A stretch of 63,070 nt of DNA, the filler included, from Welwitschia mirabilis (Eukaryota): NCBI GenBank assembly GCA_051453625.1. It is 6 parts of one record of this genome, joined end to end, with 100 filler letters (N's around TTAATTAATTAA, not from the genome) between each part and the next. Parts side by side here need not be neighbours in the genome. Positions count along the whole stretch, not along the records: positions 1 to 30,467 come from JBOZIK010000001.1; 5 more parts are not named here. One strand, written 5' to 3'. This document shows, in pieces, positions 1-13,600 of the stretch. The first letter of the stretch is position 1. Every line of letters starts with the position of its first letter. Both the position numbers and the translations under genes were made by a program. The notes below the pieces were generated by a model. That model saw only the letters and a list, made by a program, of their open reading frames with translations, was not told the origin of the DNA and ran no database searches.

Positions 1-99
1 ATTTTTATTTTTTGAATTCTAGTGTTGTTTTGATATGTGATCTAGTGAGTTCATGTTTTAACAACTTTTTATATTATCATTCATTATTTAGTAACATTA

Positions 100-1325
100 G
101 AAATATTTGACATCGTTATAATCATTCCCTATTTGAATGGCACTTTATGAATTTTTACATACTATCATGCATTTTTGATCACATAATATTATGGTTTCTA
201 CCAAGGGAATTTGATACATTAGAATTTAGGATAAGTAAATAATCTTCTTTAGGTTTCTAGTTGTTCATTTTCATTTTTATCTTTATTTAGTTATTTTATT
301 GGGTTCTTTAATGTTATTTTCATGCTTTTTCAAAATAATATGTGGATCTGATTATTTCATAGTTTCTTGTTGATTTTACTCATAGTTTTTATCCATGAGG
401 GTTTTTGTTTCCTTTTTTAATAGGTAATGATGATACTTTTGAGTTTTAATTCTTACTTTCTCATGCTTACTGCAGGTGAACAGATTTAAGGTGTTCTCCT
501 AAGTATTGATTCTTTCTACTTAGTACATTATTCTAGTCTCATTCTTTTCTCTTTGATGCCATTTTTACATAAATCTCTTTTCATCATGATCATGTTTTTA
601 GGATTATTCTTTACTTTTTTACCTTCTTCTAGATTTTCTACTGATTTTCTAATGCTTGCTTGTAGTTTTCTTGATTTTAGACTTTTTTCTACTTTTTTCT
701 ATCTTTCTAGAATCTCATTTAATCAATATCATTACATGTCTAATCATCCCCATAACATACAGGATGAAAATCATTCTTTTATCTTTTTGTTACAATCTCG
801 AATGTCGTACTTTACCTTTGGGGGGAGTATGATATCTTTTTAAGCTTCTTATAAGATATTGAACAAACATTTTATATTTAAAAGGATCAATTTTTAGCTT
901 TCACAATACATATTTGTGATGATTTATTTGAATATGATTTTAAATTTCTTAAATAAAATTTTATGGACTTTATCTAGTAAGAGCATAGTAGCACAATTAC
1001 ATACTTTTCCTACAGCTATGTTTTAGAACATCTAAAACATCATGAACAAGTGAAAGAATGTTATAATTACTCTTTGTACTTTACCCCTTGAAGAATACAT
1101 TAATGAATATTATATGCATCATTTTTTGAGTTATCACTACTTAGTTTTAAACATCAGTTTTAGTATCACTATCTCAAACTATGCATACACATTATTATTT
1201 TCTAAGCTATCATTTTTACATTTTACGATTTCTTTTATGTAAGACATTCATTTATTCTATTATGATATGTTAAGTAGAGGGTTTACAAATATGTCAGTAT
1301 TTGTGTTAGTTAATTAATTTTTCAT
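100..1325 (-). mobile_element. Heavily degenerate Ty1/copia-like gag relic (tentative)
   Basis: Minus-strand reading gives a weak 'KPxxL..NY..W'-like gag N-terminus near 1250-1325 and eroded zinc-knuckle-like segments near 730-830. There are many stops and the boundaries are approximate. Confidence 0.3.
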
Positions 1326-1457
1326 GGCTATTCCTATATGATGGAAATTGAACTTAAAATTTTATTTTTCTAGTCACTTGTTATTTTAGTCAAATCGGCT
1401 CGCAATATACTTGATCACTTACTTCATCAGGAACTAACAAGGCTAAGTAGAGGGTTA

Positions 1458-2580
1458 TGTTGCAATGCCAATCTATAGGAATTTGATGATGTCTTTTGAG
1501 CACTTTTGCAAGACATTTATATAGGTTTAGATACAATTATGATGATTATGGAGAATTAAAAGGATGTTCACTAAAACATACAATTCTTAGCATATCTAGA
1601 GGTATATCAAGTTTATTTTAATACTTCATGCCTTGAATAAAATATTAACCATGTAGAATACTAATTTCCCCTTGAACTAGAAGATAGAAAGACCTATCAT
1701 CTCCTCTATCATCTCCATGACAGTTAGGATGATAGCACTAGTAATACAGGTTTAATTTATAGAGTTGACTATGAGGCCTAAAGCTAGTAAATCACCTTTT
1801 ATTGTAGAGTATCATCATCATCCCCATGATAGTTAGGATAACACCTATTTTTGTATGGATGGAAAGAATTATTTTTGTAATGGAGTCATGCGGTCCATAT
1901 GGATTGCTAGGGTTTTTTCTTTGACTCTTAGGATTATGATTCTAAAGCTTCAATGTAAAACTATAAATATCCTCCCTCTTCACTTTCCATTTCCATATTT
2001 TGTATTAGATATTCTTGTGAGGAAATATTGAAGGACAAGAGGTCCATCCATTAGCTACAGAGAGAAGATTGCCTTAGTGTTGGGCTGAGTATCCTCTATT
2101 GAGTGCTGCTACTTTATTATAAATGAATATTAACTTAATGATTAACTTAACAACTCCTTTCACTCCTATTATGTAAATGTCCCTTATGTTTTAAGTTGAT
2201 TATGTTTGATAACAACTCCATAGTTTATTTAGATCATATGGGCATCCTCTGTTAAGGTTGACTTTATTAGTTTAGATCTTACATTGTATTTATTTTATTC
2301 CATTTTATGTTTACATTATCCATATTCTGTTTAGCATATCTTATAGTTTATGTTGATTAGAAATAATGATAAAATCTTCTTAATTGATTTGAGTTATAAG
2401 AACTAATTCTTATGACAGGAGGATTGAAATCCAAATAGAACTTATTAAGTTATATTTCATCCATTACATTTTACCATCTTCATATTGCATTATATTACAT
2501 TGTTCTTTATTTTTCATTTACTAAAATAGAAAAGACTAAAATACTTTATGAAATCAATTCTCTATCTTCCAGCCTAGTGC
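1458..2580 (+). mobile_element. 3' LTR of a gypsy-type element (diverged member of the TGTTGTG...CACAACA family), preceded by a PPT
   Basis: AAGGCTAAGTAGAGGGTTA-TGTTGCAATGCCAAT at 1439-1472 matches AAGGCTAAGTGGAGGGCTA-TGTTGTGCTACCAAT at 51083-51116. It shares the TCATCCCCATGATAG..AGGAT motif (1818, also 49605) and has TATAAAT at ~1962. Truncated by a gap. Confidence 0.65.
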
Positions 2581-2883
2581 NNNNNNNNNNNNNNNNNNNN
2601 NNNNNNNNNNNNNNNNNNNNNNNNNNNNNNNNNNNNNNNNNNNNNNNNNNNNNNNNNNNNNNNNNNNNNNNNNNNNNNNNNNNNNNNNNNNNNNNNNNNN
2701 NNNNNNNNNNNNNNNNNNNNNNNNNNNNNNNNNNNNNNNNNNNNNNNNNNNNNNNNNNNNNNNNNNNNNNNNNNNNNNNNNNNNNNNNNNNNNNNNNNNN
2801 NNNNNNNNNNNNNNNNNNNNNNNNNNNNNNNNNNNNNNNNNNNNNNNNNNNNNNNNNNNNNNNNNNNNNNNNNNNNNNNNNNN

Positions 2884-5303
2884 ATAGTTTACATGGCCTA
2901 AACATTGGTGCTATAATTCTTCTTGATTTATATGATAAAAATAATAAGTAAACAAAGATTGATAAATGCTATAAACATTGTTTATTCTATTTGCTTTAAG
3001 AAGAACATTATTTATTTTATAATGTTTAATTTCATACTTTTGAATATCAAAAATAACTTTATGACCTTTACCACAAATCTAAGTAATACTTAGCAAATTA
3101 TGTTTAATAATATTTACAGATAAAATCTCTTTAATTTTTTCTTTTCCATTGTCTTCAAAAGTTACTTTTCCTTCATCAAAATTGTTCAAATGTTGGAATC
3201 TTAATTTATTACCTATCATGTACTAAGAACATTTACTATACATGTACCAACAAGTTCAATTTGATACTTCAAAGGCTTTTTGGATTAATGAAATTTTTAA
3301 TTTATTAGCCCTTATCCACTTAGTCTATTTGGATTATTATGATACACATACTCTTGGGATAAATTTAAATGAAAAGGTATTGGCAGATCTTGAAAAAAGC
3401 ATTATCATTATAAAATTGCAAAATAATTTTGAATGATCTATTTTTTCACAAAAATGACAAGTAATCTTTAACATAGGATTATTTACCATGTTACATTATC
3501 CAACTGATTACATGGTTTTTGAGAGATGAAGCCAATCCTTTCTTGTTATGAATTGGTCTTCATATTTCAAGCATCTATTTCAATTTACTTGAACTATTTT
3601 AAAATTTATTTACAAAATAAGATAATATTTTTACCTCTTAAGTTAGCTTAATGTTTTCTATTTAAAACATCTTGTACTTTATCTCCAACTCTTTCTTTTT
3701 CTTGTTTAGAGCCTTTACTATCTGTTCAACTCATTGCTCTATTTTATTAACTTTTCACATTCTAAATAGAGTTTTTAGCAAGTATCTTCTAGCTCCTTTT
3801 GACCTTCTTTAATAAGGTTTAGATTATCTGGTTCAGTTTAGCATGACGTTTTTTTCAAGAAAGTCTTCTATCTCTATATGATTCTTGACTTTGAACTACT
3901 ATCTTCTTCTTCATCTACATTATTCTAGGTGGTGATAAATGATGATGTATTGGACTTCCTCTGATCTCTTCTATTATTTTAGAATTTGTTTGAAACATGT
4001 TCATATCCCTTACATGCATAACACTAAATCTCTTTTTTTTTCCTAGATCTCTTCTTAGTTTGGATTGACCCCTTTTTGGTCCCTTACTTGGTTTACCATT
4101 TCTTTTTCTTCTATGTTAGAATTTTTGAATCTTCTTGCTAATAGAGCAATCTCATCTTCATAAACGTCTTCATCTAATTTTTCAAATCTAGATTCTCCCT
4201 GCATACTTTTTAATGTAATACTTTTCTTTTTATTTTTAGAAAAATTTAACTCATAAATTTGAAGATTACCTTGTAGTTCTTCTAGTGTCATTTGATTAAT
4301 GTTCTTACTTTATTCAATAGCCATAACCTTTAGCTCAAATAGTTTTGGAAGAGATCCTAGAAATTTTTTGTGCTACTTTTTTTTTATCCATTTTCTTACC
4401 TAGACTTATGTTTGTTAGCTTAGCAAATAACTCTTACAGAGTCTCTTCTTCTTCCATGTGAATATCTTTAAACCTAAAGATAAGCATCTATAACTTTTCC
4501 TGCTTTATAGTAAATGTTCCTTCATGTGCAATTTCAAGTATATCCAAAGCTTTCTTGGCATGTTTGTAGTTTACAATCCTCTTGATTTCATTTTCATAAA
4601 CTATATAAAAAATAGTATTAAGATCATGGGCATCTAAGGTTCTCTTCTTTTTGTTAGTAAGAGTCCATTGATCTCAAGATTTTTTCAACAAATATGATGG
4701 TTTCATTGCTATCAGTTTTGAATAGTGTAGGCATAACATATCCATTGTAGATAACCTCCTATATGTCTACATTCGAGAATCTAAAAAGGATTTCCATTTA
4801 GGCCTTCCAATATGCATAATTGGTCCCATTGAACATGGGTGGTCTTCCAGTAGAGAGGACATCAGTAAGATTACTTATAGTTATGGTTTAAAAGTTAAGA
4901 TCTATTAGGATCTACAATTGACTCAATAAAGCTTTAATACCAAATGTTAGATCTAGAACCCTAGAGAGGGAGGGGTGAATAGGATTTAAAAAATAAAATA
5001 CTATCTTTATAAAATATTAAATACTAAAAAAATATTTATGGATACAAAATAACTAAATGATCTATCTAGGAATAAGATCTAAAAAAAAATACTGAAACTA
5101 GAAAATACAAATAGAGATCATCAAACACATGATTTATAGTGGTATAAGAAATTCTTTACTCCACTCTCAGTAGTTAGCTTCTACCCAAGATAGATCCAAA
5201 TCCTTGTTGCTTACTTTTCAGGTTTCTCAAGTTAACCTATAACCTTTATAATCAGACATTTCAAGGGTTGGTCTCAACTTTTAAAGAAAATATTTTTGGT
5301 ATT
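2884..5303 (-). mobile_element. Sirevirus-type Ty1/copia copy A: LTR end, PBS, decayed gag-protease
   Basis: Colinear with ~6975-9485. The LTR ends at 4945 (CA on minus), followed by the PBS TGGTATTAAAGC (4942-4931, an eroded TGGTATCAGAGC). Contains the gag fragment MTLEELQGNLQIYE, with many stops and frameshifts. Confidence 0.9.
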
Positions 5304-5403
5304 NNNNNNNNNNNNNNNNNNNNNNNNNNNNNNNNNNNNNNNNNNNNNNNNNNNNNNNNNNNNNNNNNNNNNNNNNNNNNNNNNNNNNNNNNNNNNNNNN
5401 NNN

Positions 5404-8400
5404 AAACAGAGTTTTATCCACATCTCCACATATGTAACCATTTTCTTTAAGAAATGTTGCTAGTTTTTCATACCAAGCCCTTGGAGCTTGTTTTAAACTA
5501 TACAAAGCCTTTTTGAGTCTATAGGCATGGTTTGGTTTGTGTGGATCTATAAAATCTTGTGGTTGTTTCACCTAAACTTCTTCGTTGAGAGTTCCATTTA
5601 AAAAGGCACTTTTCAAATCCATCTGAAAAACTTTGATGTTCTTAAAAGCTGCATAGGAGAGAAACATTCTAATACCGTCCAGTTTGGCCACTAGAGCAAG
5701 TGTGTCTCCTACATCTATTCCTTCAATTTGGTTGTTTCCTTGGGCCACTAATCTTACCTTGTTCTTCATCACATTATTGTGTTCATCACACCTCTTCTTA
5801 AAGATCCATTTTGTTTCAATTACATTTTGATCTTTTGGTCTTTCTACAAGTTTCCAAACATCTTTTCTTTGAACTGTTGAAGTTTTTCTTGCATAGCCAT
5901 CATCCATTCTTTAAGAGATTTGGCCTCTTCAAACTTTTTGGGTTCAATTTGAGAGACATAACAAATGTGGGCACAACAATTTTTGAGAGAGTTTCTAATT
6001 CGAATTTTTGAGCTTACATCTCTAATAATAGACTCAAGTGGGTGATCTTTAGCTGTTTGAACTTTTTAGAAGTAACCTCTTGAGATGGCTCTTTTTCCTT
6101 TTTCAGTTGTTACTCCTTTTACTACGGAGATACTTGGAGTTAGATTTTCTTCACCACTTGAAGGAAGAAGTCTAGTACTAAAATCATCTATTTGAATGTT
6201 TATGGATTCTTCCACTATTAGAGTTCGTTTATTCAAAACCCGGTAGACTCTACTTCTAGTTTAATATCCTAAAAGATTGCTTCATTGGATTTGGATTCAA
6301 ATTTGCTCAAATGTTCTCTATCTTTTAAAACAAAGCATTTACTCCCAAAGATCTTAACATATGAAACATTTGGTTTGCTTCCTTTCCAAAGTTCATAAGG
6401 GGTTTGATCCATACCTCGTCTTAGATAGACTTTGTTGATAATGTAGCATGTAGTACTTACTGGTTCAGCTCAAAACATTTTAGGAACTTCCTTATCATTT
6501 ATCATTGTTTTTGCCATCTCTCGAAGGACTCGGTTTTTCCTTTCTGCAATTCCATTTTGTTGCATGGAGCTAAAAATTGATGTTCTAAAAGATGATTTTC
6601 AAATTCTCCTCCATGATTACTTCTAATTTTTTTAATAGTGTATCCTTTCTCATTTTGGATTTTGTTACAGATTTCAATACAACTTTTGAAGGTTTCAGCT
6701 TTGTTTCCTAAGAAGGCAATCCAAATAAATCTAGAGAAGTCATCTACCATGGTCGAGAAATATCGTTTTCCTTCTAGACTTTTAGTTTGGGCAGGACCCA
6801 CCAAGTCCATGTGAATGATTTTAAGTGGCATTGTTGAGGAGACTAAGTTTTTACTTTCATGAGAAGTTCTGAGTTGTTTTCCTTTTTGACAAGCATCATA
6901 CAACCCATGTTTTTCAATGTTAATCTTAGGGATTCCTTTCAGGATCTCCTTTTTAATGATAGTTTTGAGATGGTCATAGTTTACATGTCCTAATCATTAG
7001 TGCCACAATGGTTCTTAATTTATATGACAAAAATACCAAGCAGATAAAGATTGATCTATGCTATAAATGTTGTCTATTTTATTTGCTTTAAGAAGAACGC
7101 CATTTGTTTTATTGTGTCTAGCTTCACACTTTTGACTATCAAAAAAATAACTTTATGACCTTTATCACAAATCTGGCTAATACTCAACAAATTATGTTTA
7201 AGACCGTTCACATAAAAAACTTCATTAATTTTAGGCATGTTTCCTCCATTGATGCTTCCAATGCCTTCAATTTTTGCTTTTCCATTGTCGCCATATGTTA
7301 CTTCTCCTCCATCAAAGTCATCCAAATGTTGGAATCTTGATTTGTCACCTGTTATGTGCCAAGAACAACCACTATCCATGTACCAACAAGTTCCATTTGA
7401 TACTTTAAAAACTATATGGATTAATGAACTTTTCAAATCGTCAGCCTTTTCCCACTTAGTCCATTTGAACTGCTGTGGTACACATCCCCTTGGGAGAAAT
7501 TTAAATAGAAAATTACTAACAGAGCTTGAAAAGAGCATTATCTTTCTAACATTCCAAAATAATTTTGAATGACTGGTCTTTCCACAAAAATGACAAGTAA
7601 TCTTTGACATAGAGTTATTTTGCCATGTTACCTTATTTAGCTGATTGTGTGGTTTTTGAGAGATGAAGCCAATACCTTTCTTGTCATGAACTGGTTTTCG
7701 TATCCCAAGACTCTGTTTCAATTTACTCGAACTATTTGAAAATTTATTTACAAAATGGGACAAACTTTTTACATCTTGAGTTAGCTCGGTATTTTCTGTT
7801 TGAACCATCTTGTGCTTTGTCTCTAAATCTTGTTTTTCCTTATTCAGAGCCTTTACTATCTTGTTTAGCTCATTGATCCATTTTTCCAACTTTTCACATT
7901 CTGAATAGAGTTCTTGACAAGTATCTTCTAGTTCCTTTTGACCTTCTTCAATAAGGTCTAGCTCATCTGGTTCAGTTGAGCATGGTATGTTCTTCATGGA
8001 AGGGACTATTGCCATGAAGAAAAGTCTTCTGTCTCTGTCTGACTCTTGAATTTAGCTACTGTCTTCTTCTTTAGCTATATTATTCCAGGTGGCGATGAAG
8101 AATGATGTCTTGGTTTTCCTCTGATCTCTTCTGTTTTTAGACATTCATTTATAACATGTCCATATTCCTTACACGTATAGGACTAGATCTACTTTCCTTT
8201 TTTTGCATTCCTTCTTAGTTTGGAATGACCCCTCTTTGGTTTCTTGCTTGGTTTATCATCTCTCTTTCTTCTGTGCAGGAATTTTTTGAATTTTCTTGCC
8301 AAAAGGGCAACCTCATCTTCATCAAGGTTTTCATCTGATTTTAAAAAATTTGGACTTTTCCTGCACACTTTTCAATTTAAGACTTTTCTTTTTATCTTTA

Positions 8401-9052
8401 GAAAACTTTAACTCATAAGTTTGAAGATTACCTTGTAGTTCCTCTGGTGCCATTCGATTAATGTTCTTGCTTTCCTCAATAGCTGTAACCTTTGGCTCGA
8501 AGTATTTTGGAAGAGATCTTAGAACTTTTCGTATTGCTTTTCCTTCGTCTATTTTCTCCCCTAGACTTGCCATGGAGTTTACTGTGTCTGTCAGTCTAGC
8601 AAAGAACTCTTACAGAGTTTCCTTTTCTTCCATGCGAATATCTTCAAACTTAGAGATAAGCATCTGTAGCTTTGCCTCTTTTATAGTGGATGTTCTTTTG
8701 TGTGCGATTTCAAATATATCCCAAGCTTCTTTGGTATGTTCATAGTTCACAATCCTCTTGAATTCATCTGCATAAACTGCCAAAAAATAGCATTAAGAGC
8801 ACAAGCATCTGAGGTAGCCTTGGCTTTGTTGGTAGGGATCCATTGGTCTTAAGATTTCTGAACCACTATGTTGGTTCCATTAGTATCAGTTTTGGACAGT
8901 GTGGGCATGATATATCTATTGTAGATGACCTTTTCTATGTCTACTTCTAAAGATCTAAGGAAGATTCTCATTCGGACCTTCCAGTAAGCATAGTTGGTCC
9001 CATTGAACATGGGTGGTCTTCCAGTAGAGAGGCCATCAGTAGGATTACTCAT
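5404..9052 (-). pseudogene. Sirevirus-type Ty1/copia gag-pol (gag, zinc knuckle, protease, integrase, RT), frameshifted; copy B
   Basis: ORF fragments: RPPMFNGTNYAYWKVRM (gag N-terminus), KVLRSLPKYFEPKVTAIEE (gag), WYMDSGCSWHITG (protease), IIHMDLVGP..VDDFSRF..IRSNHGGEF (integrase), [37 protein letters not shown] (RT). Domain order PR-INT-RT is copia. Confidence 0.95.
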
Positions 9053-9104
9053 AGTTGTGGTTTAAAAGTTAAGATCTATTAGGATCTATAATTGACTCAA
9101 TCAA

Positions 9105-9116
9105 ACTTTAATACCA
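9105..9116 (-). promoter_or_regulatory. Primer binding site (tRNA-iMet type), eroded
   Basis: TGGTATTAAAGT on the minus strand, 2 nt after the LTR terminal CA. The canonical form is TGGTATCAGAGC and all differences are C>T/G>A. Confidence 0.8.
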
Positions 9117-9118
9117 AA

Positions 9119-10305
9119 TGTTGGATCTATAACCCTAGAGGGGGAGGGTTGAATAGGATAAAAAGAAATTAAAACACTATCTTTAGAAAATATTGAATAC
9201 TAGAAAAATATTTATGCATATAAAATAATCAAATGATTTATCTAGGAATATGATCTAAAAAAAAGAAAGAAAGAAAGACTGAAACTAGAAAATACAAATA
9301 GAGATCATCAAACACATGTTTATAGTAGTTTAAGAAATTCTCTACTCCACTCTTAGTAGTTAGCTTCTACCCAAGATAGATCCATATCCTTGTTACTTAC
9401 TTTTCAGGTTTTTCAGGTTAACTTATGACATTTATAATTAGACATTTCAAGGCTTAGTCTCAACTTTTAAAGAAAAGATTTTTGTCAAGATGCATAGGCT
9501 TTACTAGATCTAAAGTACAGTAAAGATAGTATTACACTATTTAAAAACAATGTCACAAATCCAAGTACATATAGTGTAATCTGATAAACTAAAAAACTGA
9601 TAGTAAAAAGATCCTTTTTTTTCAATTTGGTTAGCCAAAAAGAGCTGCCAATGATTTTGATGGTTGTGGTTTATATAGAGGATGAATTTTAGGATTTTAT
9701 AAGTGAATTTAATATTCTAATGGATAAAAATATTAAGATAGTAACTAGAAAATAGACTGAGAAATTTATTTTCTACCATGATCGGTGAAGCCCTTGAAAC
9801 ATTTGGTTGACCCTATTGAGTGCTTCTACTGAACTTGGTTAATTCCATCTTCCTCTTGCTAACTTGAGTTCTTTACATCATCTAGTCTACTCAACCCCAT
9901 CTAGGATCCTATTGATCACATATGTCCAGGTCTGGTCAGCTCCATTTTTATTTGGTTAACTTCTTATGAAAATAGATGTAATGTCTTTAACACAGGTCTA
10001 GTATACCCCTTAAAAATTTGGCCAACTCCTTTAGAAAAAGATTTAATAGTTCTTGTATAGGTTCAATTAACCCCTTAGAAGTCTAGTTAACTCCTTAATA
10101 AACTAGATATGAAAATTTCTGGTACAAGTCTAGTTAACCCCTAAGGGATCTAGTTGACCTCTTCAAAGATCTATTACTTATTAGGTTCAAGTATAGCTAG
10201 TGATAAATGTCAGGTTATTTCTGACTTGTAAGAATTATTATTTTTTACAAAAAATGCAACATATTTTGCTATACTAAAAAATGTTAGTTTGACATCAATT
10301 TTACA
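9119..10305 (-). repeat. 5' LTR of Sirevirus copy B (~1.2 kb; outer boundary approximate)
   Basis: C-rich ATTCAACCCTCCCCCTCT motif near the 3' end, TATA box CTATATAA at ~9671-9678, and a cluster of repeated palindromic motifs at 9800-10165. Homologous to 4945-5303. Confidence 0.75.
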
Positions 10306-10619
10306 AAAATATAACTTAACACTAAAAATACATTACAAGTATAAAAGGAACAAAAGAAAGAAGAAAATGAGATGTATGCATGAATGCACAAGTAATTGGT
10401 ACTATACATGAAGCTTTCAAGCTATTTTTTAAAAGGGGCTATCTAGAGAATACATTATTTAATCATTGGATTTTATAAAGTTGCATCACTTTCATCCTTG
10501 ACACTTATGGATGATGATAATAAGAAAGAACTTAAGCTCTTTATCAAAGAAACATCTTTTTAAGCTTATTGTTTTATTTGTTTCTATTATTTATTAGAAC
10601 TTAAATTATAGGACTACCA

Positions 10620-13600
10620 TATTTTTAAATACTTTCATTATAGTCCATTTCTTATTCTCTATTATAGGATCCCTTGCTAGGGTTTCATATTATAAGAAAA
10701 CCCTGATATGGATGTGATTTTATATGTGATTATGAGCACATTTCTATGATTATTTTATAAAATATTATTGCTGGGAAGAAATTGATGCCTAGAGAGGAGT
10801 ATCTCATATTCTATTTAAGGTTGGTGTTACTCAAACATCAAAGAATATCGAAAGGTATAAGAGAAAGCTACACTTTGTGTGTGGACATACCCAAGTTGGG
10901 AAACCATAGTAATCTGGAAAAGTATTTATTATATAGTTTAATTTATTTTTGGCTAAAATTTATTCTTAGTAGATCTCATTCACCCTTTTCCTCTAAGTTC
11001 AATGATCCTTAACTATCTATTGTTAGATCCCTTAAGGATGAAAATAAAATCAAATATTAGTGTAAACATAATTATTAATAATTTTAATTCTTTTGATTAT
11101 CCTAAATGCTATGAATTTAATATAGTTTTTCATAGTCACAAATTTTCTCATATGAAAGAGCACATTCCTCATAATAAAACTTGGATTCTTGATACTAATG
11201 TTATAAATCAAATGATTTATAGGAATAATTAGTTTGATAAATTCACAATAAATCCTAGTCAGGTCTTTCTTGTAGATATAATCATAGTTCTAGTTTATGG
11301 TTATGATTTGATCACTTATGCATTGATGCATATTTCTTAGTGAATGAGTAATAATGTTTTATTTATTCATTCCTTATGTTCACATATTATTTTTCTTCTT
11401 GATCATATGAGAGAAGATCATTTAGTCATCTTATGGAAAAAGATTTAATTACTATTTATGATGTTTACTCATAATCTTATCACTAAGAACTAGATGAATG
11501 TAAATATCTTGTATCTTTAATATTGCATTAGAATATGTGAAACTAGCCTTACTATTTTCAAGGTAATATTCACTATCACCTTTATAACATGATATTTTAG
11601 GTATATTTTATGAGATTAAAATATTAAGCTTTAAATATTTTCAATGTATTTAAAGCTAAGAAAAAGAANNNNNNNNNNNNNNNNNNNNNNNNNNNNNNNN
11701 NNNNNNNNNNNNNNNNNNNNNNNNNNNNNNNNNNNNNNNNNNNNNNNNNNNNNNNNNNNNNNNNNNNNATAAAAATATTAAGCTTTAAAGATTTTCAATG
11801 TATTTAAAGCTAAGACAAAGAAAGAATAAGGGTAAAATTAAAGGTTTTCACTCTGATAATGGTAGGAAGTACATTTCAACTTAGATTAATGATTATATTA
11901 CTTTCTAAAGAAACTAAACATCTAAATACATGTCCAATTACATCTTAAGAGAATGGAGTTACTAAAATTTTTCATCATATTATTATGGATATGATGTTTT
12001 TCATGACATATTGTAATAACTGTAAAACACACCTGTGGAATGAAGCACCAATAGCACAACATATCTAAAAAGCTACACATCTTTTTTTTCTAAAAATAGT
12101 ATGCCTTTTGTAGAAAGATGGTGTGATCATAAATAAATTATTTTACATTTTAAAAAATGGGTCATAAATTCTATTTTTGTATTCTCAATGAAAATTGTAA
12201 TAAACTTTGTGTACATGTTTGAATTGGTATTTTTATGGGATATCCAATTGGAGAAAAATATATCTTTATGGATACTCAATTGGAAAAAAAGACATTACAT
12301 GTGCCTCTTGATAAATTAAAGATTATTATCTCTCATGAAGTTATTTTCTTATAAGCTTTATAAGATGATTTAAATCTTAATCCTTCTAATATTTATTCTA
12401 CCTCTTATCATATTCAAATTTTTGATTCTCAATATCTTGTTATTAAGAAGGACGATGTGACTATAATTTCAAACTCTTCGATTTCTTCTCATTTAAATGA
12501 TTATCAAGTATTTAAATAAGATGGATCAAGAAGGATCATGTATGAACATGATTCCAATAGTAACTTAATAGATTACCATAGTAAGGATGTTGATAATTCT
12601 TAAAGAATAAAATTATGTTCTTTAGTAAAGTTTGCTTTACAAGAAGTTTATTAAAAAAATATAGAATAAAAAATTAATCTAAGTTATCTTATGATGATGA
12701 TGATGATGATAAGTTACATTTAATCTCTAATGTTGAATCAACCTTTTTTATATATGACTTATAATATGATTATTGGATACAAATGAATATATAAGATGCT
12801 CTTATTAATAATGATACTTGCAAACTTGTTTATCTTTTGTTAAGATGTACTTGCTTCCTAATTAATGTGTATTTAGTACCAAATATAACATAAATAATAT
12901 CCTTAAAAGATATAAAAACTTATTATTACATGCCTACATCAAAAGAATGGATTCATAATGAAGTAATTGCATCAACAACAAAACAAACTATCATTAAAAC
13001 TATGATTACTTTAGTAAGTCAGAAGAAATGGAAGTTGCACAAAATGGACATCAAGATTGTTTCTCTAAATGGAAATTTAAAATAAGAAATCTACATGATA
13101 TAATCTAAGAGATTTTTATTGATTGGTAAAAAATAAAATATTTATAGACTAATAAAATCATTATATGACTAAAATAATCACCAAGATTATGGATTTAGAT
13201 TATGTAATTATCAATATGTAGATCCTACATTATATATAAAATCTAGTTGAAGAAAATATACATATATTAAGGTATGTGTAAATGAAATGTTAATAATTAG
13301 TAGTAACCAAGTAGACTTGAACAACACAAAGATTAATTTAAGTGAGATATTTAAAATATTTAATATAGATTATAACTTAGTGTAAAAATTATGTAGAAAA
13401 ATGATGGTATCTTATTTATCCCAGAGAGGTACATTAAAGATTTGATTAAAAAAATACAAATAACCTATAACTCTTTTAAAGCAAAATAAAAAATTAATTA
13501 CTAATAAAAACTTAAAACCAATCAATAAAACAAATACAAAAGAATTATTGGTAGGCTTATCTGTTTTTACTAACACAAGACCTATATTTGTAGTGTTGTT

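Noticed and set aside
553..843. 96-aa hydrophobic ORF
   Set aside because: It is F/L/S-rich antisense of an A-rich decayed TE strand, with no recognisable family.
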